The notes beneath the pieces were generated by a model. That model was given only the letters and a program-made list of their open reading frames with translations, had not been told where the DNA came from and searched no databases. Shown piece by piece: positions 35,438 through 45,098 of a stretch of DNA of 64,000 nucleotides. The stretch spans positions 1,379 to 65,378 of the forward strand of contig CAKOTU010000003.1 in NCBI GenBank assembly GCA_934120265.1. Reading direction: 5' to 3'. Source of the stretch: an uncultured Bacilli bacterium (GTDB lineage: Bacteria > Bacillota_I > Bacilli_A > RF39 > UBA660). Position 1 is the first letter of the stretch. The number at the start of each line of letters is the position of its first letter. Made by a program: the position numbers and the translations under genes.

Positions 35438-37339
35438 ATGACAAATGAACAAATATTAGAAGAATTAAGAAAATTAAGAGCTCATAATTCAACTCCTACT
35501 TCTGGAGATTTAAACGATGTTAATACAGAAGTTGCTGAAATCGATGAATCAATCGCTGATTACAGTGAACGTATTGCTGAATTAGAAGCTAAAATTGCAG
35601 ATGTAAACAATTATCAATATAATAATGAAAATGAGGAAAGAGAATTTACTGTAGAATTATTACAGGAATCTTTTACTAGTCAACTAGAGACTATGGCACG
35701 TGAAGATGTAGAATATAAGAGCTTACAAGAATTAGCAACAAAAATATTTATTGATTATACTAAAGAAGTTGAAGTATTAAATTCTGAAATAGCAGCTATT
35801 GAAAGAAGATTTAGAAAGAATGAAGTAGCTGTAAGAAAAAATATTGGTATAAGACTTACTGATCAAGAAATTGCTGATTTACAAGCTGAGTTAACTGCGA
35901 AAAAAGATCGCGTTGCTTTATGCGAAAGAATGGAAAACGAATATGTTAAGGAATTACAAAATTATGGTGATTTAATTACAGCAAATAATCGTAAAAGAGA
36001 AGTTATAATTGGTAAGCAAGAACGCTTAAACAAAATTGAAGAAGATAGAAAAAATCATCCAATGACTATTGATAACTATAAATTAAGATTGGATAAAGAT
36101 GAATTGTTCAGATTAAAAGCAGGATTAGAGGCTTTGAAATCAAGAAAAGAATATATCACTTACAATCCAAATGAAGAGATTGATAAGTTAATTGCTGCTA
36201 TCTCTGCAGATAAAACTGTTGAAGCAACAGAAGAAAAAGTAGAAGAGCAAGTACCTGAAATGACTGAACCACAACAAACTGAATTACAACAAGAAGAAGA
36301 TAAATCTAATGTATTAGCAGGTTTATATGATGAGAAAATTGAAGAAGATGCACCTGTTGCTGAAGAGGAAGAAAAGAAAGAAAATGATACAACAGTAATT
36401 GCACCAGTTGTACCTCCATTCGAAGATGTAAGTAGCAATTCTGAGGGTGAAGGCGAAATTCCAGCTGAAGAAGAGAAAACAGAAGATGATGAAATAGAAG
36501 GTTTACTTGTAGATCCATCAGATCTAGATGAAGAGAGAGAAGCTGAAATTGAAGAAGCAAAAGAAGAATTAAAAGAGAAGAAGAAAGATAAAAAATTCGT
36601 TGCTTTATGGAAAAAATTCTCTAAAAAAGCAAAAATTATTACTGCTGCTGCCTTAGCTGCTGGTATTCTAATTATTGCACATAGTTGTAGTACAAAGGCT
36701 CCTTCAAAACCTGTAGTAGATAATTCAAAAGATAGTTCATATACACAAACTGTAGATGATACTAAAGAAGATAAAACAAATGATGTTATAGAAACACCAA
36801 ATACAGTAAATGATACTGTAGTAACACCATCAAATGAACAAAAACCTTCAGAACCTGAAATAGAGGCTCCAACAACTGAGGATAAAGGAACAACTACACC
36901 AAGCACTCCTTCAACTCCAGATACTCCTTCAATTCCTGATACTCCGATAACTCCAGATGTTCCAGATACACCTGTTACTCCAGATCCTGATCCAGAACCA
37001 GAGCCAACAAAAGAAGTAGAAACTGTTAAACTAGATCAAGGTGAAGCAGTAGCAAGTTTTGATGACATTATAAATGGAAATATCAATGATGATACAGTTA
37101 TTTCTCACGGAGATGAAGTTGGTAAAAAAACTGACGGTGCTGAATTAAAAGATTATGACGAAAATGGTCAAGCTGAAGTAGAATTAGAGAAAAAAGACGA
37201 AGAAACTAAATCTTCATCTACAACAAGAACTCCAGAAGAAATCAAAAAAGCCTTAGAAGAATTTATGGGTGGAGAATTAACATTCGATAACGATGATAAT
37301 CAATGGCTTGATGAAATACAAAGTGGAAAGACACGTTAG
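35438..37339 (+). CDS. Bitopic protein: N-terminal coiled-coil, acidic linker, TM, Pro/Thr-rich extracellular region
   Basis: 633 aa. Heptad-like E/K/L-rich first 260 aa, TM at IITAAALAAGILIIAHS, then a TPSTPSTPDTPSIPDTPITPDVPDTPVTPDPDPEPEP segment. Confidence 0.6.
   Translation: MTNEQILEELRKLRAHNSTPTSGDLNDVNTEVAEIDESIADYSERIAELEAKIADVNNYQYNNENEEREFTVELLQESFTSQLETMAREDVEYKSLQELATKIFIDYTKEVEVLNSEIAAIERRFRKNEVAVRKNIGIRLTDQEIADLQAELTAKKDRVALCERMENEYVKELQNYGDLITANNRKREVIIGKQERLNKIEEDRKNHPMTIDNYKLRLDKDELFRLKAGLEALKSRKEYITYNPNEEIDKLIAAISADKTVEATEEKVEEQVPEMTEPQQTELQQEEDKSNVLAGLYDEKIEEDAPVAEEEEKKENDTTVIAPVVPPFEDVSSNSEGEGEIPAEEEKTEDDEIEGLLVDPSDLDEEREAEIEEAKEELKEKKKDKKFVALWKKFSKKAKIITAAALAAGILIIAHSCSTKAPSKPVVDNSKDSSYTQTVDDTKEDKTNDVIETPNTVNDTVVTPSNEQKPSEPEIEAPTTEDKGTTTPSTPSTPDTPSIPDTPITPDVPDTPVTPDPDPEPEPTKEVETVKLDQGEAVASFDDIINGNINDDTVISHGDEVGKKTDGAELKDYDENGQAEVELEKKDEETKSSSTTRTPEEIKKALEEFMGGELTFDNDDNQWLDEIQSGKTR
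36890..37009 (+). repeat. Imperfect short tandem repeats encoding (T/I/V)P(D/S)TP units
   Basis: Iterated actcc(w)ga(t)ac(w)cc-type units, read directly from the sequence. Confidence 0.7.
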
Positions 37340-37348
37340 GAGGTAAAT

Positions 37349-37600
37349 ATGGAAAATAGGACTAATAAAATTATTAAATTTAGTGAAAATGAAAAGTATT
37401 TTGTTTTAAAACAAGCTGTGTATAAAGGAAATAGTTACTTTATGACAGTTAAAACTACACCTGACGGAGAAGACTTTACAAATGAGTTTTATGTAATGCA
37501 AGAAACAAAAAGAGATGGTAAATCATATTTTAGTAGAGTTAATGACACTAAGTTATTAGATTTATTATTAAAATACTTAGATGCGCCAGAAGAAGCTTAG
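37349..37600 (+). CDS. Small hypothetical protein
   Basis: 83 aa, aggaggt RBS, translationally close to the upstream gene, terminator downstream. Confidence 0.55.
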   Translation: MENRTNKIIKFSENEKYFVLKQAVYKGNSYFMTVKTTPDGEDFTNEFYVMQETKRDGKSYFSRVNDTKLLDLLLKYLDAPEEA

Positions 37601-37613
37601 GCTTCTTTTTTTT
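37591..37613 (+). terminator. Rho-independent terminator
   Basis: agaagc-ttag-gcttct followed by tttttttt. Confidence 0.6.
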
Positions 37614-37657
37614 GACATTATAACAAATTTATATTAAAATTACATTGGGTGTTATTT

Positions 37658-38185
37658 ATGAGTAAAATTAAAAAAATTGTACTGGATGATGAATTTATAA
37701 AAATGGAGTTTGATGATAATGAGTTATCTATTCCTAGAAATCAAGATTATGTAAAAAAATATATGAGTAATGCATTATCAGAAAGTCATAGTTACTTAAA
37801 GAATTCAAGATTTTATAAATTTGGTGCTAAAGTAAGCTTTTATGCTATGATATGGAATGTGAGCTTGTTTTTGGGTTGTTATTTGACTAATTTTCTACCA
37901 ATAGAACTTATAGCAATAATTTATGGTGGCCTAAGTGGTTTATCTTTAGTTACATACAGCCTTTTCAAGTTGGCTGATACTGTGTCACTAGAAAAAGCTT
38001 ATAATAATGAATACTGGCTAAAAATAAGAGATACTGCAGTTAATAATGTTAATAAAGTCAAAGAACAAAAAAAGCAAAAAGTTGTTACTAAAACCATTGA
38101 TAGTAATAAAGTTGTAAAAACAAATACATTTCACAACAATTTGACTGAAGAGGAAGAAATTACAAAAAGTGGTAGAAAATTATAA
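37658..38185 (+). CDS. Hypothetical membrane protein
   Basis: ATG 37658 (MSKIKKIVLDD…). Two central TM helices and a Lys-rich tail. Confidence 0.5.
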   Translation: MSKIKKIVLDDEFIKMEFDDNELSIPRNQDYVKKYMSNALSESHSYLKNSRFYKFGAKVSFYAMIWNVSLFLGCYLTNFLPIELIAIIYGGLSGLSLVTYSLFKLADTVSLEKAYNNEYWLKIRDTAVNNVNKVKEQKKQKVVTKTIDSNKVVKTNTFHNNLTEEEEITKSGRKL

Positions 38186-38210
38186 AATATGTGTTATAAT
38201 ACATATATCT

Positions 38211-38551
38211 GGGGCTGTTTTGGCTTCGACAGGTGTTATGGATTATAAACTGCAAGTCGGAGGCACACGTTAAGTGCAACAAAAAAATAACTGGAAACAG
38301 AAACGAATTAGCTTTCGCTTAATAGATTTAGAAGGCGCTTCTTATTTATCCATTCCTACGGGATAATAAGAGGCTCGATTTAGTAGGATATATTATTATG
38401 ATGCTTATAAGTAATAATGAATTATATAAGCTTACTAATAAATTTGTTGTTAGTTACTTTATTTATTAGGACATTTTTTAACTAAATAAACTTGTAGACG
38501 TTTATATGAATTGATGCTTGGACAGGGGTTCAATTCCCCTCAGCTCCACCA
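38211..38551 (+). ncRNA. ssrA: tmRNA (SsrA)
   Basis: 5' ggggctgttttggcttcgacagg and 3' T-arm/acceptor ggacaggggttcaattcccctcagctccacca. Tag frame …GNRNELAFA with stop at 38320-38322. TGtTATAAT -10 at 38192-38200. Confidence 0.9.
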
Positions 38552-38585
38552 AATTGATATAAAACTCGATTTTTCGAGATAAATA

Positions 38586-38623
38586 AAAACTACTTTCAAT
38601 TTAATTTGAAAGTAGTTTTATTT
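38586..38623. terminator. Bidirectional terminator between ssrA and the convergent gene
   Basis: aaaactactttcaa-tttaat-ttgaaagtagtttt, a 14-bp stem flanked by A/T runs. Confidence 0.65.
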
Positions 38624-39514
38624 TGTTCGTTGTAATACTTTTTGTATTTGTTCTGTTTCATAATCAACTTCAAAATTATTTCTTAATTGTTGAAGTAATT
38701 GTTTTTTTTGTGAAGAAAGTTTTGAACTATCTTTTCTTACAAATTGTAATCCACATATGTATTGGATTAAATCTGAATCGTATAATGTATCATTCAAAGT
38801 TTCTAAAAATTCAACTTTTAACATCCCTAATTTAGAACTTAAAAGGGCATATATTTCTTCATCACTGCAGTTCTGTAAAAACTCATGACAAGTTCCTATA
38901 TCTCCATCTAGTTGATACATAGCTTCATTATGACAAAGTAACTCTATTGGCTCATCTCTTAATATTTCTCGCTTAGATTGCTTGAATGCTTTATTTCTTT
39001 CTTCTAATATTTGTTTAATTGATAATAAGATTTCTTTTTGTGATTCGTTTGTTAAGCCTTTCAACCTCTTATTTAGATTTCTTATTTCTTTATTACAAAC
39101 TTTAGTAAAAAAAGTATCACCAAAATCTACATCGTTGCATAAGTGTTTTTCACTAAATAGTAAACAGTTTGAATCATAATCTTTTTGCCAGTTATACATA
39201 AAGTAAGTTTCCATAAGTTGTTGCATATTTACGTTTGGAGAAATTAAATAATTATTAATATTCAATCCTCTCTTTTTTATTACCTTATCATCGAAATGTA
39301 ACAAGTCATCAAATTCCCAACCGACATTTTTTATTCTTTCTCTTAACTCAAATTCAGCAAATTTTCTCAACATGTCACTCTTTTTATCGTTTAAGATGAT
39401 CAAAATTAAATTTGATATGCTGATTTTCTTTAAGTCTTTAATTTCCACAATTAAACCTCCCGTTAGAATTATATCATAAAAACTTGTAAGTTTTTCATAA
39501 ATTTTTAAATTCAT
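38618..39514 (-). CDS. Hypothetical protein (no recognised family)
   Basis: 298 aa, soluble, convergent with ssrA. Confidence 0.55.
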   Translation of the reverse strand: MNLKIYEKLTSFYDIILTGGLIVEIKDLKKISISNLILIILNDKKSDMLRKFAEFELRERIKNVGWEFDDLLHFDDKVIKKRGLNINNYLISPNVNMQQLMETYFMYNWQKDYDSNCLLFSEKHLCNDVDFGDTFFTKVCNKEIRNLNKRLKGLTNESQKEILLSIKQILEERNKAFKQSKREILRDEPIELLCHNEAMYQLDGDIGTCHEFLQNCSDEEIYALLSSKLGMLKVEFLETLNDTLYDSDLIQYICGLQFVRKDSSKLSSQKKQLLQQLRNNFEVDYETEQIQKVLQRTK

Positions 39515-39595
39515 TTTAATTAATAGTTATTGCTGATTGTTTTGGTAATAAGTTGTAGTTATTCAAACTATTCTACATAGTTTATTCTTTGAATT

Positions 39596-39624
39596 TTGAC
39601 AATATTAATTGATAATGTTATAAT
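39596..39624 (+). promoter_or_regulatory. Consensus promoter upstream of engB
   Basis: TTGACA (39596-39601), 17-nt spacer, TGtTATAAT (TATAAT 39619-39624). Confidence 0.6.
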
Positions 39625-39656
39625 TAGTTAGTCACGAAAATAGTAAGGTGGTAAAC

Positions 39657-40238
39657 ATGAAAATAAAGAGTGTTAATTTAGCTATTAGTGCGGTGAGACG
39701 TAGTCAATATCCAACTGATGAAAAACCAGAGTTTTTACTTGTGGGCCGTTCTAATGTTGGTAAAAGTAGTTTCATTAATACAATTATTAGTAGAAAGAAT
39801 TTTGCTCGCACATCTGCTAATCCGGGAAAGACACAGACTATTAATTTTTATTTAGTTAATGATTCATTCTATTTAGTTGATGCACCTGGATATGGGTATG
39901 CTAACTTAAATAAAGCAAAACAAAAAAAATTCGGTTTGATGATGGAAGATTATTTAACGAGTAGAAAAAATTTAAAACAAGTATTTATGTTAATAGATTT
40001 TCGTCATAAACCAAATAGTGATGATTTAATGATGTATAACTATTTAAAACATTATAAAATTCCTGTTACTATAGTAGCAACCAAAACAGATAAGATTGGT
40101 ATTACATTACAACAAAAGCAAAGAACAATGATATTAGATGAACTTGATTTAGTTGTTGGTGATGACTTTGTAATGTTTTCCAATGTTACTAAGTTAGGAC
40201 GAGATGAAATTCATAATAAAATAGAAAGAACTATTTAA
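39657..40238 (+). CDS. engB: Ribosome biogenesis GTPase YsxC/EngB
   Basis: ATG 39657 after an aaggtgg RBS. G1 GRSNVGKSS, G3 DAPGYG, G4 TKTDK. Confidence 0.85.
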   Translation: MKIKSVNLAISAVRRSQYPTDEKPEFLLVGRSNVGKSSFINTIISRKNFARTSANPGKTQTINFYLVNDSFYLVDAPGYGYANLNKAKQKKFGLMMEDYLTSRKNLKQVFMLIDFRHKPNSDDLMMYNYLKHYKIPVTIVATKTDKIGITLQQKQRTMILDELDLVVGDDFVMFSNVTKLGRDEIHNKIERTI

Positions 40239-40285
40239 TTTATCTCATTATCAGTATTATTTCATAAAATAACATAGGTGATTTT

Positions 40286-40795
40286 ATGAAAGTAGAAAAA
40301 CTAGATGATGGTAAGTTAATAGTTTTTTTGAATAATATTTATTTAAAAAAGAATAGTTTTTCACTGAAAAACAATTTAGAGAAGTATTTTAAAAGTTTGT
40401 TTATAAAATTAAATGAATTTTATGATATTGAAATAAAAGGTTTTTATAATATAAATATCTACCAAGATAATTTGTTTGGTATTATTTTAAAATTAGAAAA
40501 AGAAGATTTAGACTTTTATGATTTTTATGATGATCATATAGATATGAAGATAAGAATAATGAAAAAAGAAAAATTTTTGTTTAAATTAGATAAGTTTTTC
40601 ATGTTGAATAAAGAGATTTTAGATTATTGTAAAATATACCAATATAATAATAATTTTTATGTTATTCCCAAAAGAACTGCAAGTGATATAAACATTGGTT
40701 TTATTTTAGAAAACAGTAAAATCATATATGGTGAAGATGCTTATAAAATCATAAATAAGACTAAATTAATTAATAACAAAAAATTGTTTGTATAA
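40286..40795 (+). CDS. Possible short MecA-like adaptor protein
   Basis: 169 aa. N-terminus MKVEKLDDGKLIVFL resembles MecA MKIERIN…; C-terminal IYQYNNNFYV resembles the MecA YxYxxxYYL block. Weak call. Confidence 0.35.
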   Translation: MKVEKLDDGKLIVFLNNIYLKKNSFSLKNNLEKYFKSLFIKLNEFYDIEIKGFYNINIYQDNLFGIILKLEKEDLDFYDFYDDHIDMKIRIMKKEKFLFKLDKFFMLNKEILDYCKIYQYNNNFYVIPKRTASDINIGFILENSKIIYGEDAYKIINKTKLINNKKLFV

Positions 40796-40838
40796 AGTTT
40801 ATGATGTGTTATAATAATGTAGAAAAAGAGGTGGTAGT

Positions 40839-42158
40839 ATGAAAAAACCAGTAGTAGCGCTTGTTGGTAGACCAAATGTAGGTAAATCAACTATTTTTAA
40901 TAGATTAGTTGGTAAAAAAATATCAATTATAGAAGATACTCCAGGTATAACAAGAGATAGAGTTTATGGTAATGTTAAATTTGAAGATTATTCCTTTCAT
41001 TTAATTGATACAGGTGGTATTGATATAAGTGACGCATCTTTTAATGAAGAAATAAAAGTTCAAGCTACTTTAGCAATTGATGAAGCAGATGTTATTCTTT
41101 TTGTTGTAGATGGTAAAGATGGAATAACAACTAATGATTTAGTGGTAAGAGATATGCTATTAAAATCTGGTAAAAATGTTATTGTTGTTATAAATAAAGT
41201 CGATAGTAGTTTATCACGTGATAATATATATGACTTTTATGAGCTTGGTTTTTCAGAATATTTAACAGTTAGTGGAGAACAAAATATTGGTATATATGAA
41301 CTTTTAACGACAATTGTAAAAGACTTTCCAAAGATAGAAGAAGAATACAAAGAAGGAATAATAAAATTCTCCGTAATAGGAAGACCAAACGTAGGGAAAA
41401 GTAGTTTAGTTAACGCTATACTAAACGAAGAAAGAGCAATTGTATCTGATGTAGCAGGAACAACTAGGGATGCAGTTGATACACCATTTACTTACCATGG
41501 AGAAGAGTATGTAGTGATTGATACAGCTGGAATGAGAAAACGTGGTAAAGTATATGAAAATGTAGAAAAATATAGTTTGCTTAGATCTTTAAAGGCAATA
41601 GATAGATCTGATGTTTGTTTACTTGTTATAAATGCTGAAGAGGGAATAATTGAACATGATAAACATATTGCTGGATATGCTATAGAAGCGGGTAAGCCTG
41701 TTGTTATAGTAGTAAACAAGTGGGATACAATTGATAATAAAGATGGTGCAATAAAAGAATTTACAACTAAAATTAGAAATAATTTCCAATTTATGCCATA
41801 TGCACCAATTGTTTTCTTGTCTGCACTTACTAAAAAAAGGCTTCATACATTGATGCCTGAAGTATTAAAGTGTTATCAAAATACAAACAAAGAAATAGGA
41901 ACAAGTTTACTTAATGATGTTATAACTGATGCTTATGCATTAAATTTACCACCCACTTATAAAGGTAAACGATTAAAGATATATTTTAGTAAACAAGTTT
42001 CAACGAAACCACCAACATTTAATATTCAAGTTAATAGTAAAGGTTTAATACATTTCTCATACGAACGTTATTTAGAAAACAAAATAAGAGAAGCTTTTGA
42101 TTTTGAGGGCACTCCAATTATTTTACAATTTAAAAATAAAGGAGAAGAAGAAATCTAG
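40839..42158 (+). CDS. der: Ribosome-associated GTPase Der/EngA
   Basis: 439 aa. Two G domains (GRPNVGKST twice, DTGG/DTAG, NKVD/NKWD) and a C-terminal KH-like domain. Confidence 0.9.
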   Translation: MKKPVVALVGRPNVGKSTIFNRLVGKKISIIEDTPGITRDRVYGNVKFEDYSFHLIDTGGIDISDASFNEEIKVQATLAIDEADVILFVVDGKDGITTNDLVVRDMLLKSGKNVIVVINKVDSSLSRDNIYDFYELGFSEYLTVSGEQNIGIYELLTTIVKDFPKIEEEYKEGIIKFSVIGRPNVGKSSLVNAILNEERAIVSDVAGTTRDAVDTPFTYHGEEYVVIDTAGMRKRGKVYENVEKYSLLRSLKAIDRSDVCLLVINAEEGIIEHDKHIAGYAIEAGKPVVIVVNKWDTIDNKDGAIKEFTTKIRNNFQFMPYAPIVFLSALTKKRLHTLMPEVLKCYQNTNKEIGTSLLNDVITDAYALNLPPTYKGKRLKIYFSKQVSTKPPTFNIQVNSKGLIHFSYERYLENKIREAFDFEGTPIILQFKNKGEEEI

Positions 42159-42213
42159 CTTCTTTTTTTAACGAAAAAAAAGAAATACCATATAATAAGT
42201 TAGAGGTGTTTAT

Positions 42214-42459
42214 ATGGTAAATTTTTCAGATAGTTTTTTTAATAGAGTTGAAAAGAAGACTAAGGTTGGAAAAGATACAATCTTAAACTTAGCGGCTAAA
42301 TTACAACAAAGTGATTTAAAAAATGAAGCTACATTAAGAGAAGTTATTCAAGAGTTAGGTAAGATGACAGGTAAAGAAGTTTCAAAAGATAAAGAAGATA
42401 AAATTATTAAAGCGGTTGTCAATGATAAGGTTCCAAAAGACATAAATGGAATGTTTTAG
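42214..42459 (+). CDS. Stage VI sporulation protein F-like (SpoVIF/YjcC family)
   Basis: 81 aa. FFNRVEKKTKVGKDTILNLAAKLQQSDLKNE … REVIQELGKMTGKEVSKDKEDKII resembles the remembered SpoVIF sequence. Confidence 0.5.
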   Translation: MVNFSDSFFNRVEKKTKVGKDTILNLAAKLQQSDLKNEATLREVIQELGKMTGKEVSKDKEDKIIKAVVNDKVPKDINGMF

Positions 42460-42535
42460 TGACAAATTGGTGTAAACTTCAATAAATTCATTTCCGTAAA
42501 GTACAAATTGTGTTAAAATAATAATAGGTGGTAAT

Positions 42536-43135
42536 ATGGATAGAGAAATGAAGGTTAATGAATTTGTTTCTTCACTTGAAATGATGTCTTCAGAGTTACT
42601 AAAAATGGTGTATCAAGTTGAAAAGCCATGTTTAAGTGACTTAGTTAGTAGTATTACTAAGTACATGAATGAAAATTATCCACTTGTTGAATTTACAAAT
42701 GATGAATTATTAAACGCTATTTATAAAGTGTATCAAAAGAAAGATATGAATTTAAAGAAGTCGATTGATACTAATATAGGTTTATTAAGATATAAATTAG
42801 AGGATGATAAAATTGATGTTGATCTTGCAATAGAAGAAGAGATTAATAAATATAAGACTATGTTTATGAGCGTAAATGCTGGAACAAATATAAATTATTT
42901 AGGTCTTGTTGATGAAATAACGGAAAATGTTATGGCTCTTTTAATAAGAAATAATCATTCGATATATTTTGCTAAAGATACCAACAAAGTGAGAGAATAT
43001 ATTTATGAGTTAGTAAATAAAAATTTCTTTAATACAATGATTAAAGTAGGAGATACTTTACTAGATGATGGTATTATAGCTTTAGAGCAAGATTTTGAAT
43101 CAAAAAATAATTCAAAAATGAAAGAATTGAAATAA
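42536..43135 (+). CDS. Hypothetical protein
   Basis: 199 aa, soluble, no motif recognised. Confidence 0.5.
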   Translation: MDREMKVNEFVSSLEMMSSELLKMVYQVEKPCLSDLVSSITKYMNENYPLVEFTNDELLNAIYKVYQKKDMNLKKSIDTNIGLLRYKLEDDKIDVDLAIEEEINKYKTMFMSVNAGTNINYLGLVDEITENVMALLIRNNHSIYFAKDTNKVREYIYELVNKNFFNTMIKVGDTLLDDGIIALEQDFESKNNSKMKELK

Positions 43136-43204
43136 TTCTTTTTTTTGAATACTTTTATATTTTTTTTCATATAGTTTAATGAATTAGATGAAAGTAGGGA
43201 TTAT

Positions 43205-44680
43205 ATGGAAAAGATAGATATTATAAAAAGTATTACTGAAAGAACTGGTGGAGATTTATATTTAGGTGTAGTAGGTGCAGTAAGAACTGGTAAATCAACA
43301 TTTATAAAAAAGTTTATTGAGAATTTAGTTGTACCTAATATTGAGGATGAATACGAAAAGAAAAGAGCTTTAGATGAAATACCTCAAAGTGCACAAGGAA
43401 GAACAATTATGACAACAGAGCCAAAATTTGTTCCTAGTAATGCTGCTACTATTAAGGTAGACGACTTTACGGCTAGTGTACGTTTGGTTGATTGTGTTGG
43501 GTACATTATCCCTGGGGCAAAAGGATATGAAGATGAAAATGGACCTAGAATGGTTAAAACACCATGGTATGATGAAGAAATCCCTTTTGTAGAGGCTGCT
43601 GAAATAGGAACGGAAAAAGTAATAAAAGATCATTCTAGCATTGGTATTGTTGTTACGACAGATGGATCTATTGGTGAAATAGAGAGAAGTGATTATGTTG
43701 AAGCAGAAGAAAGAATAGTTGGGGAATTAAAAGAAATAGGTAAACCATTTATTGTAATTTTAAATTCAACTCATCCTATGTTGCCAGAAACAGAACGTAT
43801 GGCAGATAGTTTAAAAGAATCATATGGTGTACCAGTTCTTCCAATTAGTATTGAAAATATGTCTGAACGTGATATATATTCGATTTTAAAAGAAGCTTTA
43901 TATGAATTCCCAGTTTTAGAGGTAAACGTTGATATGCCAGAATGGATAGCAACATTAGATTCTGAAAATTGGCTTAAGAAAATATATATTGAGAAGATAA
44001 GAGAAAGCGTTATTGAGATTGATAAGCTTCGTGATATAGAACATATAACTAGTCATTTCAATGATTGTGAATATATAAGTAAGTCATATCTTTCTAATGT
44101 TGATACATCTTCCGGGGTAGTAACTGTTACTTTAGATGCACCAGATAACTTATATAACCAAGTTCTTAAAGATATTATTGGTGTAGAGGTAACATCTAAA
44201 TCTCAACTGTTAAAACTATTCCAAGACTATAATGAAGCTAAGGTTGAATATGATCAAATAAAAACGGCATTAAAAATGGTTAAAACGACAGGTTATGGTG
44301 TAGCATGTCCAACTCTTTCTGATATGAAATTAGATACACCAGAGATATTAAAACAAGGTAGTAGATATGGTATTAAATTAAAAGCAGTAGCTCCTTCTAT
44401 ACATATGATTAGAGTGGATGTTGAGAGTACTTTTGAACCAATTATAGGATCAGAAATGCAAAGTAAAGAATTAATAAATTATATCATGAAAGATTATGAT
44501 AATGATGCTGATAGTATATGGAAAAGTGAGATATTTGGTCGTAGTTTAGATGTTATCGTAAAAGAGGGTATTCAAGCTAAGCTTTCGATGTTACCAGAAA
44601 ATGCTAGATTCAAACTACAACAAACATTATCAAAATTAGTAAATAAAGGTAACGGTAATTTATTTGCTATAGTGTTATAG
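43205..44680 (+). CDS. spoIVA: Stage IV sporulation protein A (spore coat morphogenetic ATPase)
   Basis: 491 aa. N-terminus IAERTGGDLYLGVVGAVRTGKSTFIKKF (Walker A). Full-length collinear resemblance to SpoIVA. Context der…spoIVA-hup as in Bacillus. Confidence 0.85.
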   Translation: MEKIDIIKSITERTGGDLYLGVVGAVRTGKSTFIKKFIENLVVPNIEDEYEKKRALDEIPQSAQGRTIMTTEPKFVPSNAATIKVDDFTASVRLVDCVGYIIPGAKGYEDENGPRMVKTPWYDEEIPFVEAAEIGTEKVIKDHSSIGIVVTTDGSIGEIERSDYVEAEERIVGELKEIGKPFIVILNSTHPMLPETERMADSLKESYGVPVLPISIENMSERDIYSILKEALYEFPVLEVNVDMPEWIATLDSENWLKKIYIEKIRESVIEIDKLRDIEHITSHFNDCEYISKSYLSNVDTSSGVVTVTLDAPDNLYNQVLKDIIGVEVTSKSQLLKLFQDYNEAKVEYDQIKTALKMVKTTGYGVACPTLSDMKLDTPEILKQGSRYGIKLKAVAPSIHMIRVDVESTFEPIIGSEMQSKELINYIMKDYDNDADSIWKSEIFGRSLDVIVKEGIQAKLSMLPENARFKLQQTLSKLVNKGNGNLFAIVL

Positions 44681-44794
44681 GAAAATCCTATAACTTTTTT
44701 GTTAAAATAAGTAAAATATATTGATTTTACTTAAAAAAAATGGTATTCTTTAATTGTAAGCAAGATAGAGCTTATAATATAGGAGGTCAAGAAT

Positions 44795-45067
44795 ATGTCA
44801 AAAACAGATTTAGTTAACTTCATTGCAGAAGAAACTGGATTATCAAAAGCTGATTCATCTCGTGCTTTAGAAGCTATGATGAATGGAGTTATCAAAGGAT
44901 TAAAATCAGAAGGGAAAGTAACTTTAACAGGTTTCTGTACTTTTACTGCTAAGAAAAAAGCAGCTAAAGAAGGACGTAACCCTAGAACTGGTGAAACAGT
45001 TAAAATCCCAGCTAGAGTTGCAGCTACTATTAAAGCAGGTTCTAAGTTAAAAGATGCTTTAAACTAA
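44795..45067 (+). CDS. hup: DNA-binding protein HU
   Basis: 90 aa. GFCTFTAKKKAAKEGRNPRTGETVKIPA arm motif. Confidence 0.9.
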   Translation: MSKTDLVNFIAEETGLSKADSSRALEAMMNGVIKGLKSEGKVTLTGFCTFTAKKKAAKEGRNPRTGETVKIPARVAATIKAGSKLKDALN

Positions 45068-45087
45068 AAGGCTCACGCCTTTTTTTT
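45066..45087 (+). terminator. Terminator after hup
   Basis: aaaggc-tcac-gccttt followed by tttttt. Confidence 0.6.
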
Positions 45088-45098
45088 ATGGAAGTTTT

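Noticed and set aside
36160-36906. 248-aa minus-strand ORF (and the nested 36306-36560 ORF) antisense to the 633-aa gene
   Set aside because: It lies entirely within the acidic/low-complexity and repeat region of a well-supported + strand CDS. The Ser-rich translation is a compositional artefact, and there is no RBS or promoter.
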